A stretch of 32,000 nt of DNA from Thermosulfurimonas dismutans (GTDB lineage Bacteria > Desulfobacterota > Thermodesulfobacteria > Thermodesulfobacteriales > Thermodesulfobacteriaceae): positions 150,001-182,000 of the forward strand of contig NZ_LWLG01000001.1 in the NCBI RefSeq assembly GCF_001652585.1, in the 5' to 3' direction. Position 1 is the stretch's first letter, and each line of letters begins with the position of its first letter. The translations under genes and the position numbers were made by a program. A model generated the notes under the pieces. It ran no database searches, was not told the origin of the DNA, and saw only the letters and a program-made list of their open reading frames with translations. Shown in pieces: positions 17,329 through 25,195 of this stretch.

Positions 17329-18323
17329 CTTCTGAAACACCGCACCGCGTGTCCTGGGCCCACCGGCCTCATCTCGGGATGTTCCTCTTCACACCGGAGC
17401 TCCCTTTCCCGGCACCTCGGGGCAAAGCGACAACCCGCGGGCCATTTTCCCGGAGAGGGAACCTGTCCCGGAAGGAGCCGGAGCTTCCGAGTACCGAATT
17501 CCGGGCGGGCGGAAAGCAGGGCCTCAGTATAGGGATGCCGGGGATTTTCAAAAAGCTCGTCTTTGCCAGCCACCTCCACCACCTCCCCGGCATACATTAC
17601 CGCTACCCGGTCGGCCACCTCTCTTATAAGGGCAAGATCATGAGAGATGAAAAGAATGGCTAATCCACGCCTTTCGCGAAGCTCGAGTAAAAGATCCAAG
17701 ATCTGGGCCTGAACAGTAACATCAAGGGCGGTGGTAGGCTCATCAGCCACTAGGAGTTCGGGCTCTCCGGCTAGGGCCATAGCGATCATGGCCCGCTGAC
17801 GCATTCCTCCAGAAAGCTCATGGGGATAGTTCCTGATCCTGGTCTCTGGATCGGGGAGCCTTACTTCGGAAAGAAGCCTTATAGCTTCCGCGCGGGCAGC
17901 TTCCCCTCGGAGTCCTCGATGAAGCTTTAGGACCTCCTCTATCTGGTAGCCTACGGTAAAGACCGGATTCAGGGCGTTCAAAGGTTCCTGAAAGATGAGG
18001 GCCACCCGCCGGCCTCGGTAGGCTCGAACCTCCTTCTCAGGTAGGCAAAGCAGATCTTTTCCCTTGAAAAGGACGCGACCGGAAAAGGGTTTTACACCCG
18101 AGGGAAATAGTCCGAGACAGGCTAGGCCCGTAAGGCTCTTTCCACAGCCGCTCTCCCCCACTAGCCCCAGGATCTCACCGGGGAAGATCTCAAGATCTAC
18201 TTTATCGAGAAGGGCATATCTCTTCGGTATGAAACACAGGCCTAAGGCTTCGATCCGAAGGAGGGGAACTCCCTCCCTAGCTCTAGGCTCAACCGCCGCC
18301 ACACCGTCTGATCTCGGCTGCAA
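17325..18323 (-). CDS. oligopeptide/dipeptide-type ABC transporter ATP-binding protein (OppD/DppD-like)
   Basis: Walker A GESGCGKS, signature LSGGMRQR and Walker B LLVADEPTTALD, with a Cys-rich C-terminus. The TTG at 18323 lies 5 nt after an AGGAG. A GTG at 18302 is an alternative start. Confidence 0.88.
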   Translation of the reverse strand: MQPRSDGVAAVEPRAREGVPLLRIEALGLCFIPKRYALLDKVDLEIFPGEILGLVGESGCGKSLTGLACLGLFPSGVKPFSGRVLFKGKDLLCLPEKEVRAYRGRRVALIFQEPLNALNPVFTVGYQIEEVLKLHRGLRGEAARAEAIRLLSEVRLPDPETRIRNYPHELSGGMRQRAMIAMALAGEPELLVADEPTTALDVTVQAQILDLLLELRERRGLAILFISHDLALIREVADRVAVMYAGEVVEVAGKDELFENPRHPYTEALLSARPEFGTRKLRLLPGQVPSPGKWPAGCRFAPRCRERELRCEEEHPEMRPVGPGHAVRCFRR

Positions 18324-18777
18324 GGATCTCCTGGGGAGTAGCTTCCCTTACAGCCTCAATCCGAATCTTCAGAAGAACGTTTTTCCCAGCAGCAGGATGA
18401 TTAAAATCCGCCTTCACTTTTTTGTCCGATACTTCAAGAACCTTGAAGAAGGTCTTCTGTCCGTAAGGGCCTACCTCTTCATAGTAAGATCCAGGTTTTA
18501 CCTTGTCCGGATGTTTAAGCCTCTCCAGGGGAATCTCCTTTACCAAGTGGGCCTGATACGGACCATAGGCCTGTTCAGGGGGAACGCGAACTGTAATCTC
18601 ATCGTTCTCTTTAGCACCCGAAATAGCCTGCTCGATCAGGGGTAGCACTGGCTCTCGCCCAAAGATGAAGGTAGCTTGAAGCGGTCTCTTGAACCAATCC
18701 GGCGCCTCTTCACCTTCAATATCCAGGGAATAAGTAAGAGTTACCACTTTATCTTGCCCAACCGTAAGTCCTTCCAT
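18289..18777 (-). CDS. FKBP-type peptidyl-prolyl cis-trans isomerase, SlyD-like (with insert-in-flap region)
   Basis: About 162 aa. Typical SlyD/FKBP2 pattern: VVTLTYSL..., FIFGRE..LP.IEQAI.G, AYGPY, FNHPAAGKNV. I prefer the ATG at 18777 after AAAGGGGG. The ORF-track start at 18792 is a TTG. Confidence 0.85.
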   Translation of the reverse strand: MEGLTVGQDKVVTLTYSLDIEGEEAPDWFKRPLQATFIFGREPVLPLIEQAISGAKENDEITVRVPPEQAYGPYQAHLVKEIPLERLKHPDKVKPGSYYEEVGPYGQKTFFKVLEVSDKKVKADFNHPAAGKNVLLKIRIEAVREATPQEILAAEIRRCGGG

Positions 18778-18934
18778 AAAACCCCCTTTCAATATTCCGG
18801 TAACGTCAATTTTCTATTTAACCTCTCATTACCCCCAAGTCAATCGACTTCCCTAATCGAAAATAGTGACTATTTTTTGTACGCCGGAAGCCTTAAAATA
18901 GGGGGGGATAACAAAACAGACATTAAATTTAGAC

Positions 18935-18963
18935 TTGACACAAACTTAAAATTGTTCTATTTA
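18935..18963 (+). promoter_or_regulatory. candidate sigma70-type promoter for the peroxiredoxin gene
   Basis: TTGACA (18935-18940), a 17-nt spacer, then TATTTA (18958-18963). An AGGAGG at 18985-18990 lies 8 nt before the ATG at 18999. Confidence 0.4.
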
Positions 18964-18998
18964 AAAAGTCACCAAAAATATAAAAGGAGGTGTAAATT

Positions 18999-19607
18999 AT
19001 GTGCATTAGGCCAGGTTTAGTAGCTCCGGATTTTGAAGCCCAGGCTTACGCCGATGGACAGATTAAAACCCTCAAACTTTCAGACTTTCGAGGCAAGTGG
19101 GTGCTTCTGGTGTTTTACCCCGCAGATTTTACTTTTGTGTGTCCTACGGAGCTGGTAGCTATCGCTAAAAAGTATCAAGATCTCAAGAACATGAACGTTG
19201 AGGTCCTGGGGATTAGTATCGACACGCCTTTTGTTCACAAGGTCTGGCAGGAGATGGAGCTCTCCAAGATGATCGAGGGTGGAATACCCTATCCCCTGGT
19301 TTCCGATCCGGCTGGGAAGATCGGCCAGCTTTACGGAGTCTATGATGAAAAGGCCGGAATAAACCTTAGGGGTACCTTCCTTATCGACCCCGATGGAGTC
19401 ATCCAGTTCATGGATATCCTCAACGCCCCGGTAGGCCGGAACGCCGATGAGTTAGTACGTCGCATCAAGGCCTTTCAGCATGTAAGGGAGACCGGAGGGG
19501 CGGAAGTGTGTCCAGCCCACTGGGAACCCGGGAAACCAACCCTGAAACCTGGGGCCGAACTTGCAGGCAAAGTTTACGAGACCTGGAAGGCTGAACTCAT
19601 CGATTAG
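18999..19607 (+). CDS. ahpC: typical 2-Cys peroxiredoxin (AhpC/Prx1 type)
   Basis: 202 aa. Peroxidatic Cys in FTFVCPTE and resolving Cys in EVCPAHW. Confidence 0.93.
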   Translation: MCIRPGLVAPDFEAQAYADGQIKTLKLSDFRGKWVLLVFYPADFTFVCPTELVAIAKKYQDLKNMNVEVLGISIDTPFVHKVWQEMELSKMIEGGIPYPLVSDPAGKIGQLYGVYDEKAGINLRGTFLIDPDGVIQFMDILNAPVGRNADELVRRIKAFQHVRETGGAEVCPAHWEPGKPTLKPGAELAGKVYETWKAELID

Positions 19608-19614
19608 CCGTTCG

Positions 19615-19645
19615 AGAGGGGGCCTCTAAGCCCCCTCTTTTTTTA
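19615..19645 (+). terminator. rho-independent terminator after the peroxiredoxin gene
   Basis: AGAGGGGG / CCCCCTCT stem around an 8-nt loop, followed by TTTTTTT. Confidence 0.8.
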
Positions 19646-19666
19646 ATCATTCTGTAGGGGGAAGTT

Positions 19667-20728
19667 ATGAAAAAAGAAATTATTAAAGTATTTGCGGTAT
19701 GGGCTTTGTTTTTGTTTTGGACTACTGGGGCACTGGCTGGAGACCAAAAACTCTTGCAGGAGGCCCAAAGTTATTTTGAACCCTTACCTAGTAAACCTCC
19801 AACCATAAAAGATAACCCTCTTACTCCTACCAAAATTGAACTCGGCAAAATGCTTTACTTTGACCCTCGTCTCTCGGCTTCACACCTTATAAGCTGTAAC
19901 ACCTGTCACAATCTCTCCCTTGCCGGGGTGGACATCCAAGAGACCTCCACCGGTCACATGTGGCAAAAAGGCCCCCGTAACGCTCCTACAGTCCTTAACG
20001 CCGTCTTCAATACTGCTCAGTTCTGGGACGGAAGAGCCAAGGATCTCGAAGAACAGGCCAAAGGGCCGGTTCAGGCCTCGGTGGAAATGAGCAACACCCC
20101 TGAACGCGTAGTTGCCACCCTAAAGTCTATCCCCGAATATGTTAAGATGTTCAAAAAGGCCTTCCCCGGTGAGAAAGATCCAGTAACCTTCGACAACGTG
20201 GCCCGAGCCATAGAAGCCTTTGAGGCTACGCTTCTCACCCCTGATTCTCGCTTCGACCGTTTTCTTAAAGGAGATCTCAAGGCTCTTTCCAGCGAAGAAA
20301 AAGAAGGCCTGCGACTTTTCATAACCAAAGGTTGTGCCGATTGCCACAATGGAGTGAACATAGGCGGAAACATGTATGCCCCCTTTGGGGTGGTGGAAAG
20401 GCCAGGAGCCGATGTCTTGCCTCCCGGTGACAAGGGGCGATTTGCGGTTACCAAGACCGCTTCAGACGAATACGTCTTCAAGGTTCCTTCTCTGCGGAAC
20501 ATAGAGCTCACTTATCCTTACTTTCATTCCGGTAAGGTCTGGAGACTTGAAGATGCGGTGGCCATTATGGGTTCGGCACAGCTGGGGGCCAAGCTCTCCC
20601 AAGATGAAGTCAAGAAAATTACGGCCTTTTTAAAAAGTCTGACAGGACGACAACCCGAAGTCACTTTACCCATTCTGCCTCCTAGTACCGATCGAACTCC
20701 TAAACCGATTTTGGGGAAGGTTAAGTAA
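19667..20728 (+). CDS. ccpA: di-haem cytochrome c peroxidase (periplasmic)
   Basis: 353 aa with an N-terminal signal peptide and two CxxCH haem sites (CNTCH, CADCH). CCP/MauG family sequence, including FWDGRA. Confidence 0.92.
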   Translation: MKKEIIKVFAVWALFLFWTTGALAGDQKLLQEAQSYFEPLPSKPPTIKDNPLTPTKIELGKMLYFDPRLSASHLISCNTCHNLSLAGVDIQETSTGHMWQKGPRNAPTVLNAVFNTAQFWDGRAKDLEEQAKGPVQASVEMSNTPERVVATLKSIPEYVKMFKKAFPGEKDPVTFDNVARAIEAFEATLLTPDSRFDRFLKGDLKALSSEEKEGLRLFITKGCADCHNGVNIGGNMYAPFGVVERPGADVLPPGDKGRFAVTKTASDEYVFKVPSLRNIELTYPYFHSGKVWRLEDAVAIMGSAQLGAKLSQDEVKKITAFLKSLTGRQPEVTLPILPPSTDRTPKPILGKVK

Positions 20729-20754
20729 CCTAAAATCAAATCGGATTTGGACTA

Positions 20755-20786
20755 GGGCGGCCCAAAGGCCGCCCTTTATTTTTTTT
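20755..20786 (+). terminator. rho-independent terminator after the peroxidase gene
   Basis: GGGCGGCC-caaa-GGCCGCCC perfect 8-bp GC stem, followed by TTTATTTTTTTT. Confidence 0.88.
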
Positions 20787-20795
20787 AGGGGGCAT

Positions 20796-20801
20796 TAAAA
20801 T
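20796..20801 (+). promoter_or_regulatory. candidate -10 element (TAAAAT) for an ffs-selC transcript
   Basis: TAAAAT ends 6 nt before the first G of the SRP RNA closing helix. No convincing -35 is present; that region is the preceding terminator's T-tract. Confidence 0.25.
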
Positions 20802-20807
20802 TATTTT

Positions 20808-20909
20808 GGCTGCCGGGTCCTGCGCGACGGATCCCGGTGAACCCCGCCAGGCCCGAAAGGGAGCAACGGTAGCCGGGCTCTCCGGGTGCCGCAGGGGTAC
20901 CCGGCAGCC
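20808..20909 (+). ncRNA. ffs: signal recognition particle RNA, small (4.5S) type
   Basis: A long hairpin closed by GGCTGCCGGGT...ACCCGGCAGCC. The apex CCAGGCCC-GAAA-GGGAGCAACGG matches the conserved domain IV: GNRA tetraloop, AGCA symmetric-loop motif and the 5' CCAGG. Ends are accurate to within a few nt. Confidence 0.88.
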
Positions 20910-20916
20910 GTAAAGC

Positions 20917-21012
20917 GGAAGCGCCAGGGGCCTGGTGGCCCCCCCGGGCTTCAAACCCGGTGCACCGTCGGAGACGGCGGTGGGTGGGTTCGATTCCCAT
21001 GCGCTTCCGCCA
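20917..21012 (+). tRNA. selC: tRNA-Sec (anticodon UCA), 96 nt with encoded CCA
   Basis: 8-bp acceptor stem GGAAGCGC/GCGCTTCC. 6-bp D-stem GGGGCC/GGCCCC with a 4-nt loop. Anticodon loop CTTCAAA with TCA at positions 34-36. Long variable arm (GCACCGTCGGAGACGGCGGTG). T-arm GTGGG-TTCGATT-CCCAT, discriminator G, then CCA. This is the bacterial 8/5 Sec architecture. Confidence 0.92.
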
Positions 21013-21332
21013 TCACATTTCCAAAAAAGATTCTGCATGTATAGCAGTAAGATCCCGCGTAGAAAGGTTCAGCGAAATTGAGAGATTATGCTTAAGACCA
21101 TTGTATGCTAAAGCCACAAGAGACTCTCCATAAGAAAGGGGGGCCAATTTTTGTGAAAAAGAGTAAAGGAGAACCCCTTTAAGGTTTAAGTCATCACAGA
21201 GCCCAGCTACTTTCGTTCCCACATCATATTAGAAGGACTTCGTCTTTATAGTTCATGAGGAGCATCGAAGTAGGACGTCTTCGGTCTGCCTCACAGTTCA
21301 AACAAGGGACACCTTCTGACCCCCTGGTCCCC

Positions 21333-21361
21333 AAAAAGAGGAGATACACCCATTTACTCCT
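21333..21361 (-). terminator. weak candidate terminator after the HD-GYP gene
   Basis: On the minus strand: AGGAG, a 13-nt loop, CTCCT, then CTTTTT. The stem is short and the loop large. Confidence 0.25.
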
Positions 21362-21366
21362 TAACA

Positions 21367-22620
21367 CTATCCTTCTGGGATATGCCCCCAGGCCTCGAAG
21401 CGTTCGTAGCGTTTGGCCCGAACTTGTGTAATAATTTCTCGAACATGATCCAGATTCTCGATAACAAGTTTCACAATCTGAGAGTCTAAAGCCTTCCCAG
21501 AAAGATTCTTGAGAACATCTCGTGCCCGAGTCAAAGGCATTCCGGTCCGATAAGGCCGATCCTCTAAAATAGCCGTAGTAACATCCGCTACCGCGAGCAC
21601 CCGAGCCCCCAAAGATAGATCTCCTGCGGAAAGCTTTGCCGGATAGCCCTTGCCGTCAAGCCTTTCATGATGTGAAGAAGCCCAAGCAGTAATAGTTTCA
21701 AAGTAGGGAATTTTCTCGAGGATACGGTAAGTCACAAAAGGATGAGCCTTCATAATAGCCCACTCTTCTGGGGTAAGGGGCCCCGGCTTGTCAAGAATCT
21801 CCTCCGGTACAGAAAGCTTACCGATATCGTGAAGATAACCGGCTACCTTTAAATTTTCTAAGAGATTCTGCGAAAAGCCCAGGACTTCCCCCAACCATTT
21901 CGCAACCCAAGCTACTCCGGCAGAATGAACCCTAGTAAAAGGACTACGGAGGTCTATAACCACCGAAAAAAGAGAAGCTAGAGAACTTAAATCCTCACAA
22001 GGGAGGTAAGTAGAAAATTGAAGCTGCAAGATCAATTCCGTTTCCTTCTTAAAACGTTCGAGCCTAAGCCAGAAAAGTTCCTTTTCAGCTATCTCGGCCA
22101 AGGCTTCTCGTATCTCTGGGGCAAATCTACTCTTTTGCAATTGGAATTCTTCAAGGATCGCTCCCGAATGTAAAAGAATGGGCCTAAGATCCCGTGTTCT
22201 TACCTCTAGTCTGTCAGCCAAATAGATAATATTGCTGGCCAGAGCCGTATTGTAGTCTGTTTCAGACTTCAGCTCTTCCCAGGGAGTGTGATGATAAAGG
22301 ACGAATTCGGCTGCTCTCTTGAGATAGGGAAACTCCCTCAACATTCGATATCCTAACCTGGTATGCCTCTCTATTATCCGGGGTTCATCCTCAAAGGCCC
22401 AAGCCTTTTCCTTGGTAGTAAAGAGGGCTATGTCATGAAGGGCTCCCGCTATAACTAGAGACTCAAGCTCTCGCCCCCCAATACCTAACTTCTTCCCTAG
22501 CATGCGGACGATATACGAAACCTTGAGCTGATGGTTAACTAAATGGGGAGCCGCACTATCCAAAGCCTCCGAGAGGGCAAAAACTATGCTTTCTAAAGGG
22601 AATAAAAAGGCCTCGGTCAT
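21367..22620 (-). CDS. tandem HD-domain protein: degenerate N-terminal HD plus C-terminal HD-GYP (putative c-di-GMP phosphodiesterase)
   Basis: 417 aa. The C-terminal half has HDIGK, HHERLDGKGYP and ADVTTAILEDRPYR. The N-terminal half has LHDIA and YHHTPW but no GYP. ATGA overlap with the radical SAM gene. Confidence 0.85.
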   Translation of the reverse strand: MTEAFLFPLESIVFALSEALDSAAPHLVNHQLKVSYIVRMLGKKLGIGGRELESLVIAGALHDIALFTTKEKAWAFEDEPRIIERHTRLGYRMLREFPYLKRAAEFVLYHHTPWEELKSETDYNTALASNIIYLADRLEVRTRDLRPILLHSGAILEEFQLQKSRFAPEIREALAEIAEKELFWLRLERFKKETELILQLQFSTYLPCEDLSSLASLFSVVIDLRSPFTRVHSAGVAWVAKWLGEVLGFSQNLLENLKVAGYLHDIGKLSVPEEILDKPGPLTPEEWAIMKAHPFVTYRILEKIPYFETITAWASSHHERLDGKGYPAKLSAGDLSLGARVLAVADVTTAILEDRPYRTGMPLTRARDVLKNLSGKALDSQIVKLVIENLDHVREIITQVRAKRYERFEAWGHIPEG

Positions 22621-23912
22621 CTCAAATAAGGATTAAAATATCCAAATCTCAAGCCTGGAAATTGCTTTCTCAAGGCGCTCAACAGCCCTTTGATGCCTAT
22701 AATACTTGAGGCGGGGCGATATTCTAGTTCTTCGAAGATCCATAAGGGATCTATAGCAAAATTTCGGAGCTGAATAAAGTCCACTCCTAAAGAAATGAGT
22801 TCACATAAGGCTTCGAATTCCTCTTCTTCATCTGTAAATCCGGGCAAAACGAAATAATTCAACGAAACGAAACGGTCGTACTTTTTCATGCTCCGGATGC
22901 TTTCCCGAACCTCGTCAAGCCCCCAGCCACGGGGTCTGAAATAGGCCCTGTGATATCGTTCACGAGCACTAGCAAGGCTTATCCGAATACTATCGAGCCC
23001 GGCGCGGGCTAGGCGTTCCACAGCCTCCGGAAGGCTACCATTGGTATTGAGGTTGATGGTGCCTCTGGAAGTAGCCTTGCGGAGCAACCTAATGGCCTTC
23101 TCAATTACCGGTGCTTGAAGCAGGGGTTCGCCCTCACATCCCTGGCCAAAAGAAACCATAACCGGGCCGGGACGTCTGAGATGCGGCCCCATAGCCTCGG
23201 CTATCTCCTCTGGAAAAGGCACAAAGGTCATCCTTTCCTGAGCCACATGGGGGCCATCCTCGGGTTGTTCGGAAAGACACCCAAGGCAGGCCGCGTTGCA
23301 TCCAGGTGAGACCGGGATCGGGGCTTCAAAACGGCCAAGGACAAAGTTCCGGGCCGCCGGGCAATGATAACGTCGCACACAGTTTTCAACTAGATGGCGT
23401 ACAAGACGATTCTCAGGGAAACGGGCAAGCATTCTTCGAGCCGCGATCTCTATACGCTCGGGATCGAATAACCGTACCTCCTGCCTTACATCCCAATCAG
23501 ATCTAAAAGCGGTGGCCCAGAACCGTCCCTGCCACCAGCCTACACAAGCATAAGAATAGAGAGGGAGGGGGGTGAGCCCATCACGAGTGGGCTCGTAGGG
23601 TGAAAGATACAGCTGGGTGTGAGCCGGTGCTAGGAAGGCCGCCACCGCATAAGCCGGCTCACCAGGCCGGAAAGGGTTCTCGTAAAGTATGACCGGAGTC
23701 CCGGTTTTAGGATCTAAACCCACGGGATGTCTTTCTGGCAGGACGTAAAGGGCCGAACCCAATGGAAGGGGTATAAAGTCATCCGGTTCTGGCAAAACCA
23801 GGTCATATCCTGAAAGACCTAAGGCTAGAAGCTCGGGATGATCATAAATCCGACCCGCGGGGTCCGCAAAAAGCAAACGAGGATGCCTTTCGGGCTGACT
23901 ATAGATCTTCAT
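22617..23912 (-). CDS. radical SAM protein with an uncharacterised ~195-aa N-terminal domain
   Basis: 431 aa. CNAACLGC gives a CX3CX2C motif (C205/C209/C212 by my count). A GEPLL motif and a TIM-barrel-like remainder follow. The ATG follows the folC TAA with zero spacing. Confidence 0.8.
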   Translation of the reverse strand: MKIYSQPERHPRLLFADPAGRIYDHPELLALGLSGYDLVLPEPDDFIPLPLGSALYVLPERHPVGLDPKTGTPVILYENPFRPGEPAYAVAAFLAPAHTQLYLSPYEPTRDGLTPLPLYSYACVGWWQGRFWATAFRSDWDVRQEVRLFDPERIEIAARRMLARFPENRLVRHLVENCVRRYHCPAARNFVLGRFEAPIPVSPGCNAACLGCLSEQPEDGPHVAQERMTFVPFPEEIAEAMGPHLRRPGPVMVSFGQGCEGEPLLQAPVIEKAIRLLRKATSRGTINLNTNGSLPEAVERLARAGLDSIRISLASARERYHRAYFRPRGWGLDEVRESIRSMKKYDRFVSLNYFVLPGFTDEEEEFEALCELISLGVDFIQLRNFAIDPLWIFEELEYRPASSIIGIKGLLSALRKQFPGLRFGYFNPYLR

Positions 23913-25187
23913 TTATGTTAGTTTGGTTAAAATACTACGCAAAGCCCCCACCAAGTAAAGGGACCCCGTAACTAGAACCGTATAGCCCGTCTCCAAGGCC
24001 TCCTTCAAGGCCTTTTCAGGATTTTCGGAAAACTCTATGGGAGTCTTAAAATCCTCTCCTCGAAGATCAACCGCCCACTCCTTTAGAGTTACCGGGTTTC
24101 GTGGCCCCGGAGGCTCACATAAAAAAACCTTCTTGGCCCCAGGGAGGAGTTTTTTTAACATTCGGAGGTAAGGCTTATCACCGCCTTCATTAGTGGCTCC
24201 AAAGATAAGTGTATATACAGAAAGCCCTCTTTGACGCAAAGCCGACAAAAGAGCCCTTAGGCCATCTTCATTGTGTGCGCCATCAAGGATAATCCCCGGC
24301 CCAACAGCCCAAAACTCAAAACGTCCAGGCCAGGAAACCTCAAGAAGGGCTTTCCTTATGAGAGGCTCTTCGAAAGGGAAATCCCTTTCGTGGAGGAGTT
24401 CAAAGGCTGCCAGCGCCACCGCCAAATTTTCCTTTTGGAACTCGCCATCAAGAGAAAGGTTAAGTCCTCGGAGACGGGTCTTAAGGCCGTGGTAGCTAAA
24501 ACCCGCTTTGGTTCTAGCAATTTTAAAATCACGTCCCAGAAGATATAAAGGACTTCGAGTCTCTTGGGCCTTCTCCAGAACCACTTCTTGAGCCGGACGG
24601 CGTAGCCTTCCTGTTACTACCGGCACCTCCGGTTTGAGGATACCGGCCTTCTCGTAGGCGATCTCTTTAAGGGTTCTGCCCAAGTATTTCGTATGATCTT
24701 TAGCCACATTGGTAATCACACAAACCACTGGCTGGCAAACATTGGTGGCATCCAGGCGCCCCCCGAGACCGCATTCGATGACCCCGATATCTACGCCTTC
24801 CTCCGCAAAATAAAGAAAGGCCGCCGTGGTAGTGATCTCGAAATAGGTGGCCGGAAGACTGAGAATCTCGATTTGTCTTTTTATACGTCCCAAAATTTCG
24901 GCCAATCTTTCGGGCGCAATGTTCTTACCGTCTATACTGAACCGTTCACAAACCGAAATGAGATGAGGCGAGGTGTAGAGGCCGGTTCTGAGTCCATGGT
25001 TTGAAAGAAGGCTAGCGAGAATAGCCGCGGTGGAACCTTTGCCGTTGGTTCCAGCAATATGGACACAAGGGAAACTCCTTTCTGGATGCCCTAGGGCGGA
25101 AAGCAAGATAGAAATCCTCTCCAGCCCGGGTTTTATCCCGTGAAACTGATAGCCGTTTAGCCAAGCTATAGCTTCCTCAAATCTCAT
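23913..25187 (-). CDS. folC: bifunctional folylpolyglutamate synthase / dihydrofolate synthase
   Basis: Mur-ligase P-loop HIAGTNGKGST and FolC-family sequence throughout. I prefer the first ATG at 25187 (MRFEEAIAWLNG). The longer ORF-track start (TTG at 25235) would translate through a terminator hairpin. Confidence 0.9.
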   Translation of the reverse strand: MRFEEAIAWLNGYQFHGIKPGLERISILLSALGHPERSFPCVHIAGTNGKGSTAAILASLLSNHGLRTGLYTSPHLISVCERFSIDGKNIAPERLAEILGRIKRQIEILSLPATYFEITTTAAFLYFAEEGVDIGVIECGLGGRLDATNVCQPVVCVITNVAKDHTKYLGRTLKEIAYEKAGILKPEVPVVTGRLRRPAQEVVLEKAQETRSPLYLLGRDFKIARTKAGFSYHGLKTRLRGLNLSLDGEFQKENLAVALAAFELLHERDFPFEEPLIRKALLEVSWPGRFEFWAVGPGIILDGAHNEDGLRALLSALRQRGLSVYTLIFGATNEGGDKPYLRMLKKLLPGAKKVFLCEPPGPRNPVTLKEWAVDLRGEDFKTPIEFSENPEKALKEALETGYTVLVTGSLYLVGALRSILTKLT

Positions 25188-25195
25188 GGGGCCAC

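Noticed and set aside
18921-18952. Imperfect inverted repeat (AAATTTAG...CTTAAAATT) overlapping the -35 of the peroxiredoxin promoter, considered as a PerR/Fur-type operator.
   Set aside because: The symmetry is poor, it does not match the PerR-box consensus I know, and AT-rich promoter DNA gives such partial palindromes by chance.
18999-20728. A search for a selenoprotein gene (in-frame TGA) near selC, especially in the peroxiredoxin and the peroxidase.
   Set aside because: The peroxiredoxin uses Cys at both redox positions. None of the annotated genes appears to be split by an in-frame TGA, so there is no evidence for a Sec codon in this window.
20736-21038. Minus-strand ORFs (100 aa and 71 aa) covering 20736..21038 and 20785..21000.
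   Set aside because: They overlap the SRP RNA and tRNA-Sec, whose conserved structures explain the sequence. The translations are Pro/Gly/Ala-rich nonsense.
21013-21222. 69-aa minus-strand ORF abutting the 3' end of tRNA-Sec, considered as a possible integrase remnant.
   Set aside because: It has no integrase or recombinase motifs (no R..HxxR..Y pattern), no ribosome-binding site, and no att-like repeat of the tRNA end in the window. The region is kept only as an unexplained spacer in the findings.
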